The notes under the pieces are model-generated. The model was not told the DNA's origin and made no database searches. It saw nothing but the letters and a program-made list of their open reading frames with translations. This document shows, piece after piece, positions 31,023 through 40,999 of a DNA stretch of 64,000 nucleotides. Positions within the stretch are counted from its first letter, which is position 1; every line of letters begins with the position of its first letter. Made by a program: the position numbers and the translations under genes. The DNA is taken from NCBI GenBank assembly GCA_031385045.1, contig JANNBC010000006.1:32001-96000 (forward strand), read 5' to 3'. The DNA comes from a bacterium. GTDB taxonomy: Bacteria; Bdellovibrionota_C; UBA2361; CALJRW01.

Positions 31023-31257
31023 CTATTAAAAACCTAATGGGTTTTAGTATTTTAAAAGTTAGGGCTAGAATAGGTATTTTAGTTATTCTGATTTAACTTG
31101 AATTATCATTACCAAATCACTTAAGCTAAACGCTAGACGTTAAAAACAACTATTGATTCTGTTACTTATTCATTCTTTTGTAGTCATAAAATAAGCATTT
31201 TATTGTTTGTCTACAGATCTATATTTAAGCAGAACTATTTAAACGGAGAATTGATTA

Positions 31258-31497
31258 ATGAATAAAAGGCAAAAAGAAATATTACTTAGCTTACTTGCAA
31301 ATAATTTTGAACTTAACAAACTGCATAAAGAACATAAAGCGCTAGAAGATCGTCTCTCTCGCTATCAAGCAAGAAATTTCTTAACACCCCAGGAAGAATT
31401 GGAAGTAAAGCAACTCAAAACAAAAAAACTGAAAGGGGTAGATCGCATTATGAGTATTATTGAAGCTAGCGATCAAGCTTCTGCTACCATTCAGTAG
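31258..31497 (+). CDS. YdcH/DUF465-like small coiled-coil protein
   Basis: LHKEHKALEDRL...LKTKKLKGVDRI pattern; GGAG RBS upstream. Confidence 0.7.
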   Translation: MNKRQKEILLSLLANNFELNKLHKEHKALEDRLSRYQARNFLTPQEELEVKQLKTKKLKGVDRIMSIIEASDQASATIQ

Positions 31498-31509
31498 CAC
31501 AACGTTTTC

Positions 31510-31540
31510 TAGTAGAGATGCCATGAATGCATCTCTACTA
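31510..31540. terminator. Stem-loop between convergent genes (probable bidirectional terminator)
   Basis: Perfect 12-bp inverted repeat TAGTAGAGATGC-N7-GCATCTCTACTA. Confidence 0.6.
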
Positions 31541-31557
31541 TATCTAATTATAATATT

Positions 31558-31869
31558 CTATGCTGCCCGACGACGTGTGCTAATTCTTTGATTAGCATAG
31601 ATTATGGCATCCTTAGTTTTGTTTGGGTCTAGTCCCAAATGTAAGCAAATTGCACGAAAAGAGAAAATGTATTCTTCATCTTGATCTTCCATATATGTAA
31701 GTGCTTCTTGCTTAAACTCTGCCTTATTATGGAAATCATCCACGCAGCGTAAAATTATTGCCCGCATTAATTCTGTTAAAGAATCATATCCTAAGGTATC
31801 TAAGTACGCTACATCCCACTGGGGCATTTTACTAGCTGAGGTATCACCACTTTGCATAAACAACTCCAT
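31558..31869 (-). CDS. Hypothetical helical protein
   Basis: LMRAII..CVDD...EA...FSFRAICLHLGLDP pattern; plausible 103-aa ORF. Confidence 0.65.
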   Translation of the reverse strand: MELFMQSGDTSASKMPQWDVAYLDTLGYDSLTELMRAIILRCVDDFHNKAEFKQEALTYMEDQDEEYIFSFRAICLHLGLDPNKTKDAIIYANQRISTRRRAA

Positions 31870-31949
31870 AATCGCTAAAGTATACCAATGTTATGTAGTC
31901 TTTAGAAAATGTGTGCTTAAAAAAGCAATCAGTGGGATAAATTTTAGGC

Positions 31950-32061
31950 TATAGAGAGCCCAAAAAAGGATCTCCGTTAAGGAAATTATTTTTTGGACTC
32001 GGGCTTTTCAAATCCTGGCTAAGGACAGGTTTAAATGCCTAAAAACAACAAATATAGTAAA
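31950..32061. repeat. Dispersed structured intergenic element, copy 1 (core)
   Basis: About 85% identical to 41061-41173 by manual alignment; two adjacent hairpins then AAAAACAACAAATATAGTAAA. Confidence 0.9.
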
Positions 32062-32075
32062 ATAGAATTTGGGTA

Positions 32076-33059
32076 CTATTTTGTTCTGATTAGAATAAAA
32101 TCTAATAGGGAATCTAGTATCTTTTTTGTATCCGAACAGTGATTTGGAAGTAGTTTTGCCGATTCATTCAGTAAGCTCCGAGCATCGCTAATAAAGCTTT
32201 CTGCTAACTGTTGGCTAGCGGCTAAAATGCCATCCTCCTTGATTGCCTGTAAATGAATATCAATCGCTAATGTGTGAGCTTCAGGCTTAGTTTTTAGTTC
32301 TTGTGCTAGTGAATTTCCAGAATTAAGCCAAAGAACATTAACAACTGAAGGCTTACGCTCCTTTAGATCTGTTCCTAAATTTTTACCAAACTGAGCAACA
32401 TTAGCAGAAACATCTAGAATATCATCTAGAATTTGAAAAGAGATGCCTAGCTTTTCACCAAATTCGGCAAACTGACGGCAAATCTTAGGATCGCAACCTG
32501 CAATTTTAGAGGCACTAAAACAACCAAGACGAAAAAGGGCAGCCGTTTTTTTCTTAGCAATTAAAAGGCTACTTTCTAAGGTATGGGCATGGCTAAATAG
32601 GGGAGTTTCTAAGATCTCGCCTTCCGTTAAGTCCATGCAAGCAACTTCAGTAGCTTTAACAATCTCTGGATCTAGCAAGCCGCAAAGGCCAAAAGCCTTC
32701 ACCAATAAAAAGTCACCAGTAATAATTGTATCGTTTACTCCAAATTTACGGCAGGCTGTTAATTGATTTCTACGGAGCTCTGATTGATCGATAATATCAT
32801 CATGAAGAATGGTTGCGAGGTGAATCATTTCAATACCAGCGGCAACATTAATTAGCTCTGGTTTTAATTCACTTAGGCCACAAAACTTGGCGACTAATAA
32901 GGTAAGTATGGGGCGAATCTGTTTTCCCTTTTGGGCAAACGAGTAGTTAGCGATTTCTGAAATCCGAGGCGCCTCGGACTCTATTGATCGGCCGATCATT
33001 TGGTTTACATCAGCAAGTCCTGGTAACTCTTGGAGGGTTTTAAAGTCAAAAATAGTCAT
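32076..33059 (-). CDS. ispB: Polyprenyl diphosphate synthase (octaprenyl-type)
   Basis: GKQIRP, LHDDIID...RR, KKTA and FQILDDILD motifs; ATG 33059 preferred. Confidence 0.88.
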   Translation of the reverse strand: MTIFDFKTLQELPGLADVNQMIGRSIESEAPRISEIANYSFAQKGKQIRPILTLLVAKFCGLSELKPELINVAAGIEMIHLATILHDDIIDQSELRRNQLTACRKFGVNDTIITGDFLLVKAFGLCGLLDPEIVKATEVACMDLTEGEILETPLFSHAHTLESSLLIAKKKTAALFRLGCFSASKIAGCDPKICRQFAEFGEKLGISFQILDDILDVSANVAQFGKNLGTDLKERKPSVVNVLWLNSGNSLAQELKTKPEAHTLAIDIHLQAIKEDGILAASQQLAESFISDARSLLNESAKLLPNHCSDTKKILDSLLDFILIRTK

Positions 33060-33067
33060 AATACAGA

Positions 33068-34600
33068 TTACTCCCAGCCCAAGCCCTCGGATACCCAAGA
33101 GATAGCTGATAAATACTTACTTTCCATCGGGAAAATTTTGCAAAAACCATTTGTTTGAGCAAGGCTAGCATCAGTTAGACGTTTAGAATCACCAACAGTC
33201 ACGACTTTTGCTTGGGGATAAATTGAAAGGATTTCTTGAAGATCTTGTAAGCAATTGTCCGGCTTTTCATCAGCCAACATAATCAGGTCAACTCGTTTAA
33301 AGTTAATTTGATACCAAGAAAGCGCCTCTGTGGAATCCATAAATACTCGAGAATCTAGGGCAGCTGCAGAAAAGTAAAGTTTGCAAACTTCGATTTGCGA
33401 AGGATCTGGCTCTATTACCATGACTAATCCTTTACAATCAGATTTTCGATTATGTTTTAGATTTTCTTTGGATAAAGGTAGGAAGATCTTAAAAACAGTG
33501 CCTTTGCCTAGTTTGGATTCAACTGTAATAGATCCTTGATGAGCTTTAATAATTGAGAAAACAATACTTAAGCCCAGACCCATTTTATTGGCACGCTTTT
33601 TAGTTGTAAAGGTTGGATCAAATAATGAATTTAAATGTTCTGGCGCAATCCCCAACCCCTGATCACTAACAGTAATACAGGCGTACCTAGTATCATTATT
33701 TTGAAGCTTTGGAGGTAAGTCCCAACTATTTGGCACAGAAAGTGCTAATTTAATTTTACCACCACTTGGTTGCGCCTCAGTTGCATTAATAACTAAGTTT
33801 GCTAATGCCTGGCGAATCTCGGAAGGATTAAGATCCACAAAAATTGGCTCACTAGAATCCACCATAGAAACAACTCTACTCTTGGCGTCACTAGCTTCAT
33901 TCAGAAAATTTGTGGAATCGATAATCAAATCAACGAGATTACACTGCGGAATAATCTTAATTTCAGCGGGAGAGAAGGCTAGCAGGTTATTAATAAACTG
34001 CTGAGATTTATTTAGTAAGGTCTGACATTTATTGATTTTTTTGCAACACTTATCTTCTTTTAAATCTTTCTCAATATGATTTAGTAGATCGGAGATTTTC
34101 TCTAGGTTTGTTCCAAGTCCATGAGCAACATTAGCTGCTAAGGCTCCTAAAGATAAAAGTTTTTGATCCCTTAGTTGATCTTTTTCAATACTCTGTAAAC
34201 TTTTCTGAGACTTTCTTCTTTCACAAGCATAGTAGATTGAACGGTAGAGGAAGTCTGGCATAATCTTGCCAAGGATTAAGTAGTCAGCTGCTCCGGCGCG
34301 AAGTAATCTTAGATCTCGATCTTTAGATTTACCATCAGAGAGAATAACCACTGGAAGCAAAAGTGACTCTTCTTTAATTAATTCTAAAATTGCAAAAGTG
34401 TATTTGCCGAGACTTTGATCATCAAAAAGACAAACATCAAAAGTATTTTGTAATTGCTCTAAGCCAGATTGATAATTTCTAGCCCAAAAGATTTCAGATT
34501 TAAATCCTTGAACTCGGTGCAAAAGCTGAGTGATTTGAAAGTAAGTCTCCTCAGATTCGGAAATAAAAAGGATCTTTCTGGGCTTAAAGTTTTGAATCAC
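33068..34600 (-). CDS. Receiver-histidine kinase-(pseudo)receiver hybrid with degenerate H-box
   Basis: N-terminal REC (GAADYL), N/G1/F/G2 boxes (NLVINA, DQGLGI, FTTK, GLGL) and H-box AHGLGTNL. Confidence 0.85.
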   Translation of the reverse strand: MIQNFKPRKILFISESEETYFQITQLLHRVQGFKSEIFWARNYQSGLEQLQNTFDVCLFDDQSLGKYTFAILELIKEESLLLPVVILSDGKSKDRDLRLLRAGAADYLILGKIMPDFLYRSIYYACERRKSQKSLQSIEKDQLRDQKLLSLGALAANVAHGLGTNLEKISDLLNHIEKDLKEDKCCKKINKCQTLLNKSQQFINNLLAFSPAEIKIIPQCNLVDLIIDSTNFLNEASDAKSRVVSMVDSSEPIFVDLNPSEIRQALANLVINATEAQPSGGKIKLALSVPNSWDLPPKLQNNDTRYACITVSDQGLGIAPEHLNSLFDPTFTTKKRANKMGLGLSIVFSIIKAHQGSITVESKLGKGTVFKIFLPLSKENLKHNRKSDCKGLVMVIEPDPSQIEVCKLYFSAAALDSRVFMDSTEALSWYQINFKRVDLIMLADEKPDNCLQDLQEILSIYPQAKVVTVGDSKRLTDASLAQTNGFCKIFPMESKYLSAISWVSEGLGWE

Positions 34601-34905
34601 AGGATCTAAGTAAACTGGGGTGCTGTAAAATTAACTGAAAAATCAGGCAACAATTTAAGTCAATTCTAACTAGTCACTGACTTAAAGATGCTTCAGGAAG
34701 TTTTATCATGAACGGAATATTCTGTAAATTTTTACAGAAAGAGCAAACTTTGATTACTAGAGGCAATCTAAAACAACAGCAGTCAGTCTGGAAAGAACTA
34801 AGTGTACCTACCAAGAAGTTGTGAACAGAACAGCAAGAGCCTGAAGTCTTATTTGTAAACTATCATTCTATGTAAAGTAACAGAGAGTTTTTATTCTCTG
34901 ATAGT

Positions 34906-37293
34906 TTATTTAGAAAGCCTAACAATGTCATCAGCAATTTTTCCAAAAGCATCAACGATCGAAAAGTTTTCGTCTGCTGCTGAGTAAGAACCTTGTCTGA
35001 CACTATCCGCCGCATTAGTATTTGGAAATGCAGGGATTTCAACTTGTAGCTCGTTAGTTTTTCCAGTTCCATCATCAACATTAATTAAGATGCTATTTCG
35101 ACCAGCTATTCGACCAAGCAATAAATCTTTACGAGAGATGGCATCTAGATAATTTTGATAAGGTGAGCCATCTACTCCATTACATCCGGGGTAAGTAATT
35201 GTTACACCAACATTTACAGGACGACAGGGATCGGCCTCTCCAAATCCAATTGTATGCACAGTACCGTTATTGGCTCTCATTACATCAGAATAAAAGATTG
35301 GCACATTATAGAAAACCTTCATCCAACCATCTTTAATTGTTGTTTTATTTTCTGCAGCTGTACAGCTTGGGATTGTGCCAAGTGGGGGGTTAGTAGTTCT
35401 TTTATTGGCAACAATTTCTTTTGGATCGCTAATAGGAGGGATGCAATCAAGGGTTCCGTCAGAAGTTATATTTGCTTCGTAAATACTACTTCCTTGAATG
35501 AAATCATTAAAGTTAAAGGTATTACCTTTTAAATCCTTCATAGTAATATTGGTATTAATAGAGCCTGGGCTCCAAAAGTCGGGATATGTACTAATTTCTT
35601 CCGGATCAGGGTATCCAGCACCACCAAAAAACAAATTTGAAAAGGCACTAGTTTTAGCATCATTTACTTGTAGACCATAAAGCATATTAGTACTTAGTAG
35701 TAATGGATCTTCTATCAGTTTTTGCGACTTTAAGAATGTACTTGGAGACCAGACTGTCCCACCAGCACCTAGACGCGGAGTTTTTCCCGCATTGGGACCA
35801 GAGGGAACATATCTTCGATAGGAACTTAAGTTACTAAGTAGTGTTACGTCATAGTCCATTGGAACTTGCGCCAGTTTACTAGGAATATGGCGGGTATCAT
35901 TGGCAAAATTTACTCCAGGTAAGTTGGGATTTTGTAATAAAATCCTCGTAGCACTTGGGGCACCATCAGTAAATAAAACATAGTGAGTTTTTACCCGAAT
36001 TTTACCTGTAGAATCTGAGTTATATTGTAAATTATGGATGTAAGCACTAAGCAAGGCATCCGAAGGATTTGTCCAATCGCCTAATTTTAAATTTCCACTT
36101 TTAGTAACAATACTATTAAAGATAGTATCAAGTTTAGCACTATTATGTACTTCTCGTTCTCCACTAGTACTTCCGCTAACTTGCCTTCCAACATCCCATT
36201 CATTTACAAGGGCACTGTTGAAAGGAATGGCCATTGATTTATAGACAAAAGAAGCTGAGTTAAAGGGGATAATTGCAATGTTATCTTTGTTGGGACGAAA
36301 ACGCTCCATAAAGGCATCGACCCCTTGAATTAATTGATTCATCTTATTATCAAGACTGAATTTTGTAGCTACAGTGTTAATGATATAGTTTCCACTTTGG
36401 GCGTTAGCAGCAATTGCAAAATCGAAATTATTGGGACACTTAGTGGCGTCTGTAATTAAACAACCGCAATAACAGTTCTTATTTATGGCAAAGGCAACAT
36501 CCTTGTGAAGCTGGATATCAAGTGCATTTCCAGGTATTGGAAAACCAAAAATTCTAGCTTGTTGTCCATAGGACATACCGATACTATCTATACCAAGTTC
36601 AATATCATGCTTTTGTTGCATGGCAACCTCACAATCAGCTAATTGAGTGGACTGCTGATAATAACTATAACTTACTGGGCACATCATTGAATTGGAAAGA
36701 TCGACCATCAAAACAACTTGGACTGGAGAAATATCACCAATTGAAGCACTGGAAGTTTTGAATGTATCGGCATTGGTAGTACTGCCACCCAATAAGTTAG
36801 AAAGTCCCGTAGTCATTAAGAGATTGTTTCGGACTAGATCTTTAAATTCTACCTGTAGAACTTCACTACTGTTATTTGCAGGAGTAGGGCCATAAAAATT
36901 AACATAGACATCCTCTTCTGTTAATTTACCTTTAAAGCTTGGCATACTAAAAAGCGCGTTATCGCGCGCAATTTCTCGAGCTCTTTGAATTACAGATTTC
37001 TGCATTGGCCCCATTGGCTCACCATTAAAAACTTGGGCGTGGTTTTTAGTATTTTGAAAACCTGCTTGATCGTAGCTTGTGTGTAAACTGGCATCATAAC
37101 CTTTATTAACTCGGTATTCTAAGGCAGCAACAACCGCAGCATCAGTCGCTTTTTTGTACTGAAGTTTAGTATAAAACATATTGGCAGAGTCGATACTAAG
37201 GGCAGCAACACCAAGTAGGGCGACAATTCCTAGAGCCATAAGTGGTAGGTAAGCTCCAGCCTGATTATTTCTTTTAGATAATAGTTGCATCAT
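34906..37293 (-). CDS. TadG-like protein: Tad N-terminal pilin-like domain plus vWA domain
   Basis: G|AYLPLMAL...SID...ATDAAVVAA N-terminus; MIDAS DLSNS, TN and FTDG. Confidence 0.8.
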   Translation of the reverse strand: MMQLLSKRNNQAGAYLPLMALGIVALLGVAALSIDSANMFYTKLQYKKATDAAVVAALEYRVNKGYDASLHTSYDQAGFQNTKNHAQVFNGEPMGPMQKSVIQRAREIARDNALFSMPSFKGKLTEEDVYVNFYGPTPANNSSEVLQVEFKDLVRNNLLMTTGLSNLLGGSTTNADTFKTSSASIGDISPVQVVLMVDLSNSMMCPVSYSYYQQSTQLADCEVAMQQKHDIELGIDSIGMSYGQQARIFGFPIPGNALDIQLHKDVAFAINKNCYCGCLITDATKCPNNFDFAIAANAQSGNYIINTVATKFSLDNKMNQLIQGVDAFMERFRPNKDNIAIIPFNSASFVYKSMAIPFNSALVNEWDVGRQVSGSTSGEREVHNSAKLDTIFNSIVTKSGNLKLGDWTNPSDALLSAYIHNLQYNSDSTGKIRVKTHYVLFTDGAPSATRILLQNPNLPGVNFANDTRHIPSKLAQVPMDYDVTLLSNLSSYRRYVPSGPNAGKTPRLGAGGTVWSPSTFLKSQKLIEDPLLLSTNMLYGLQVNDAKTSAFSNLFFGGAGYPDPEEISTYPDFWSPGSINTNITMKDLKGNTFNFNDFIQGSSIYEANITSDGTLDCIPPISDPKEIVANKRTTNPPLGTIPSCTAAENKTTIKDGWMKVFYNVPIFYSDVMRANNGTVHTIGFGEADPCRPVNVGVTITYPGCNGVDGSPYQNYLDAISRKDLLLGRIAGRNSILINVDDGTGKTNELQVEIPAFPNTNAADSVRQGSYSAADENFSIVDAFGKIADDIVRLSK

Positions 37294-37834
37294 ATAAAAA
37301 AGATCCCTGAACGTACGGTAGTGTAAAAATCGAATTAATAAAAACTAAGATTGGGGAAAAAGGCACAAAACATTCGGCAAAAACTATTGCCTCATGTCGG
37401 TCTAGATTAGAGAATTCCGGTCTGATTTTATTAACATCAAGTAGGAGATTTAATCTACTTTGGGAGATATTTCCTTTATGGAAAGGTGTATTCCATGTTG
37501 CTCTGTCTCCGGGAGCAATTGGGTCACCAGTGGGTTTCAGATATGTTACCGCTAATTTTGTGCCCGTCACAATTGTTTGTAAATACTCTTGGAACTGAAT
37601 TAATTCAGAGTCTAAACAACTGGGTAAAAGTTGGGGATCGTCAGGACATTCCCGCTTAATTATATTAGCAAACTCTTTACTGGCACTGGAGGCAATTGTT
37701 AAGTGGTGAATTGCTCTAGTAAATTCAAAAACAGTCAGCGAAATTACAAAAATAATTGGTAAGATAAGAGCTAGCTCTACTAGCACGGAACCATTATTAG
37801 AGTTTAATTTATTGAATTGATTTATGCTTAACAT
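37274..37834 (-). CDS. TadE/TadF-like pseudopilin
   Basis: G|SVLVELALILP followed by a hydrophobic helix. Confidence 0.8.
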   Translation of the reverse strand: MLSINQFNKLNSNNGSVLVELALILPIIFVISLTVFEFTRAIHHLTIASSASKEFANIIKRECPDDPQLLPSCLDSELIQFQEYLQTIVTGTKLAVTYLKPTGDPIAPGDRATWNTPFHKGNISQSRLNLLLDVNKIRPEFSNLDRHEAIVFAECFVPFSPILVFINSIFTLPYVQGSFLYDATII

Positions 37835-38434
37835 CTACGTACCCCCCAGAAGATCAGACTGATAGCGAAAGTATTCATTTCTACCAAAGACAATAAAGTC
37901 CATTTGAGCACTGGTTTGAAACCATGAAAAAATTGAGACATTAGTTCTAATACAAATCGCTACTATTTCTCCACGTTCGCCCGCGTTTGTCGGACCAAAA
38001 GTTGTTGGCAATGCTGGATCACAACGCCATTTTGCTTGCGTTGGTGCAGTCTCTGCTGGCTGGCTGACTCCATTTACCATTCTTGCTGGCCTTACAGGCC
38101 TAGTGACTGAAATCATTGCTGGGGTAATAGTTAAATCTAGACGTTGCGCAATTTTAACTATCTCCGTTTTAATACAAGTTGCGCGAGCTGATTCACTATT
38201 CAAGCTATCAACAACAACTCCACTGTTTGGTAAATTACAACCACCTGTAGCTGTAAAATTAGATTTCGTAGCTGCTTCTAAACCTTCTTGCAGGGTATGC
38301 TGAATTGACACTGTGACGAAACTAAATTTAAGTAATTCCAACACGGAAACAATAATCATCATAAAGACAATAATCGAAATTGACATCTCCACATAAGAAG
38401 CACCAAGTTGTTGTTGGAAGGAATCCTGTTTCAT
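37835..38434 (-). CDS. TadE-like pseudopilin
   Basis: G|ASYVEMSI followed by a hydrophobic helix; ATG 38434 preferred. Confidence 0.75.
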   Translation of the reverse strand: MKQDSFQQQLGASYVEMSISIIVFMMIIVSVLELLKFSFVTVSIQHTLQEGLEAATKSNFTATGGCNLPNSGVVVDSLNSESARATCIKTEIVKIAQRLDLTITPAMISVTRPVRPARMVNGVSQPAETAPTQAKWRCDPALPTTFGPTNAGERGEIVAICIRTNVSIFSWFQTSAQMDFIVFGRNEYFRYQSDLLGGT

Positions 38435-38556
38435 GAAATATTTATACAATAGGAAGGGAATTTAACCTAACGTCCTATACTAAAACCAAAAACTCTAAAA
38501 TGAGCTAAAAAACAAAAAGCTTAGCCTAACCTTAAAAAGCTAACTTTTTAAGGCAA

Positions 38557-39054
38557 TTACATTCTTGTTTTACTATAAACCTTATCTTTTAGATGCAAAA
38601 GAAACTCTTTTGGATTTAAAAATCCTTCAATTCGTGAATCTGTAATCTCATCTCCTTGGGAGTCGATAAAAATAATAGTTGGTAGTCCTAATACATTGTA
38701 TTTATTAGAAAAATCTTCATTCTCAGAATTTACTAGGTTGAAATCTAAGCGAACAGTAATTAGGTTTTTAAGGGCTAGTTGAACTTCGCTGTTAGAAAAT
38801 GTTACCTGTTCGAATCTCTGACAGGGTTCACACCAATTAGCAGAAAGATCAACTAGGACAATCTTATTTTGCTCTGTTGCGATTCTGAGAGCTAAGTCCA
38901 GGCTGCTTTGCCATAAAATACCATCAAGATTAACCTGAGGTTTATTAAGAAAAAGGTAATCCTTAAATTTGAAGCTAAAGGAAATTAGAAATAGTATTCC
39001 TAGGATAGCAACAAGCATCATCTTATATTTTGAACCAATCTTAAGCACACTCAC
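38557..39054 (-). CDS. Membrane-anchored thioredoxin-family protein
   Basis: N-terminal TM, ANWCEPC and GLPT cis-Pro loop. Confidence 0.8.
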   Translation of the reverse strand: MSVLKIGSKYKMMLVAILGILFLISFSFKFKDYLFLNKPQVNLDGILWQSSLDLALRIATEQNKIVLVDLSANWCEPCQRFEQVTFSNSEVQLALKNLITVRLDFNLVNSENEDFSNKYNVLGLPTIIFIDSQGDEITDSRIEGFLNPKEFLLHLKDKVYSKTRM

Positions 39055-39212
39055 TTTAAAATTAAAATTATCATTAAGCTTTAAGCTATAATAAGGGATT
39101 TTAAGGATTAAGGAAAAAAATAAGATTTAATAGCCAATTTGCAAGTTTAGAGGCAAAGATTGCAGGATTAAGATTATTTTACATTTAAAGGGTCATTTGA
39201 TAACTATCTCCC

Positions 39213-39713
39213 ATGCCAAACAATCAGAAATCCGCTGTTTTTCCAGGTTCATTCGATCCATTTACAAATGGTCATATTGATATTGTAGAACGTTCACTAG
39301 AGATTTTTGAGACTGTCCATGTCGCAGTTTTAGAAAATTTTTCCAAGAATGCCCTTTTTTCACCTGAAGAAAGAGTCGCCTTAATTGAAAAAATATTTAA
39401 GAAGCAGAAGCAAAAAGTTATTGTGGAAACTTTTAGTGGACTATTGGTCGATTATGTAAAGAAGGTCAAGAGTCGGGTAATTATTCGCGGACTGCGAGCA
39501 ATCAGTGACTTTGATTATGAAGCCCAAATGGCTTTAATGAATCGGCAGTTAGATCATCGAGTAGAAACATTGTTTATGATGACCAGAGAAGAGAACTCAT
39601 ACATTAGTTCAACACTTGTAAAGCAGGTAGCACCCTATGGTGGAGATGTTTCCATGTTGGTGCACCCAATCATTGCTAAAGCATTACAAGCAAAATATTC
39701 CAAGAAGAAGTAA
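39213..39713 (+). CDS. coaD: Pantetheine-phosphate adenylyltransferase
   Basis: FPGSFDPFTNGH, RGLRAISDFDYE and ISSTLVK motifs. Confidence 0.97.
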   Translation: MPNNQKSAVFPGSFDPFTNGHIDIVERSLEIFETVHVAVLENFSKNALFSPEERVALIEKIFKKQKQKVIVETFSGLLVDYVKKVKSRVIIRGLRAISDFDYEAQMALMNRQLDHRVETLFMMTREENSYISSTLVKQVAPYGGDVSMLVHPIIAKALQAKYSKKK

Positions 39714-39743
39714 CTCCTCAAAATTTTATACATTAAATAGAAA

Positions 39744-40940
39744 ATGAAACTTATTAATAATTTAATTAAATCACAAAAACCAAGTGCCACGCTGGCAATC
39801 AAAGCAAAGACTTTAGAGCTAAAAGCTAAAGGCTTAGACATTATTGATTTTAGTACGGGAGAGCCAGATTTTGACACTCCCGATTTTATTAAAGATGCCG
39901 CAAAGCTAGCGCTTGATCAGGGACATACGAAATATACAGCGGTGCCCGGTATTCCAGCACTTCGCAAAAGACTAGCTGAGAAATTTACGATTGATAATAA
40001 AATTAAAACTGATGCTGAAGGAGTTATCGTTTGCAATGGTGGTAAACAAGCAATTCATAATTTTTTAGAAGTCGTTTTAGAACCAGGTGATGAAGTTATT
40101 ATTCCAGCTCCCTACTGGGTAAGTTATCCTGCAGAAGTTGCTTTGGCTGGTGGTGTTCCGGTGATCTGTAAAAGTAATCCAAAGAACCAGTATAAATTGA
40201 CTCCAGCAGAACTGGAGTCCTACATAACGCCTAGAACAAAAGTGTTAATTCTAAATAGCCCCTCAAATCCCACTGGTGCTGGCTATACTAAAGAGGATTT
40301 TCAAGCATTATCTAAAGTATTAACTAATCGCGAAATTATTATTATGTCAGATGAAGTTTATGAAAAAATTACCTATGGTGATTTTAAGTTTGTTTCCTTT
40401 GCGGAAGCAGTTCCAGAGCTTGCCGATCGCACTGTCACAGTTAATGCTTTTTCTAAAGCTTATTCAATGACAGGCTGGAGAGTAGGTTATGCAACAGGTC
40501 CACAAGAAATTATCTCAGCAATGTCTAAGTTTCAGAGTCAAACAACTTCTAATGTTTGTTCCTTTGCGCAGCATGCCGCCCTGGCTGCGTTAAACGGATC
40601 CCAGGATTTTATTCCCAAAATGAATCAAGTTTTTTGGACACGATTGCAGTCGGCAGTCAAAGTTATTGAAGAAACACCGGGATTAAGTTTGGCGGGAATT
40701 CCGGAAGGAGCCTTTTACTTATTTATCAGACTGGAGGAGTTCTTTGCTAAAAATTCTAAGATAAAAAATTCAACAGATTTTTGTAACTTCCTACTGGAGT
40801 CAGCCCAAGTTTCTGCAGTACCAGGAATTGAATTTGGGGATGATGGTGCTTTTAGAATAAGTATTGCCGTTTCGGATCAAGAATTAGCAACAGGAATGTC
40901 TCGCATTTCTAAAGCTTGCCAAGAGGCACTCACTAATTAG
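39744..40940 (+). CDS. aspC: PLP-dependent class I (aspartate) aminotransferase
   Basis: GEPDFDTP, NSPSNPTG, DEVY and SKAYSMTGWRVG motifs. Confidence 0.88.
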   Translation: MKLINNLIKSQKPSATLAIKAKTLELKAKGLDIIDFSTGEPDFDTPDFIKDAAKLALDQGHTKYTAVPGIPALRKRLAEKFTIDNKIKTDAEGVIVCNGGKQAIHNFLEVVLEPGDEVIIPAPYWVSYPAEVALAGGVPVICKSNPKNQYKLTPAELESYITPRTKVLILNSPSNPTGAGYTKEDFQALSKVLTNREIIIMSDEVYEKITYGDFKFVSFAEAVPELADRTVTVNAFSKAYSMTGWRVGYATGPQEIISAMSKFQSQTTSNVCSFAQHAALAALNGSQDFIPKMNQVFWTRLQSAVKVIEETPGLSLAGIPEGAFYLFIRLEEFFAKNSKIKNSTDFCNFLLESAQVSAVPGIEFGDDGAFRISIAVSDQELATGMSRISKACQEALTN

Positions 40941-40957
40941 TCAAGCCTTAGCTGATT

Positions 40958-40986
40958 TTGCTTAAATTTCAATTACTTGCTATAAG
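40958..40986 (+). promoter_or_regulatory. Putative sigma70 promoter upstream of the structured element and ndk
   Basis: TTGCTT-N17-TATAAG with an extended -10 TG. Confidence 0.45.
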
Positions 40987-40999
40987 AGCTTCCGAATAA

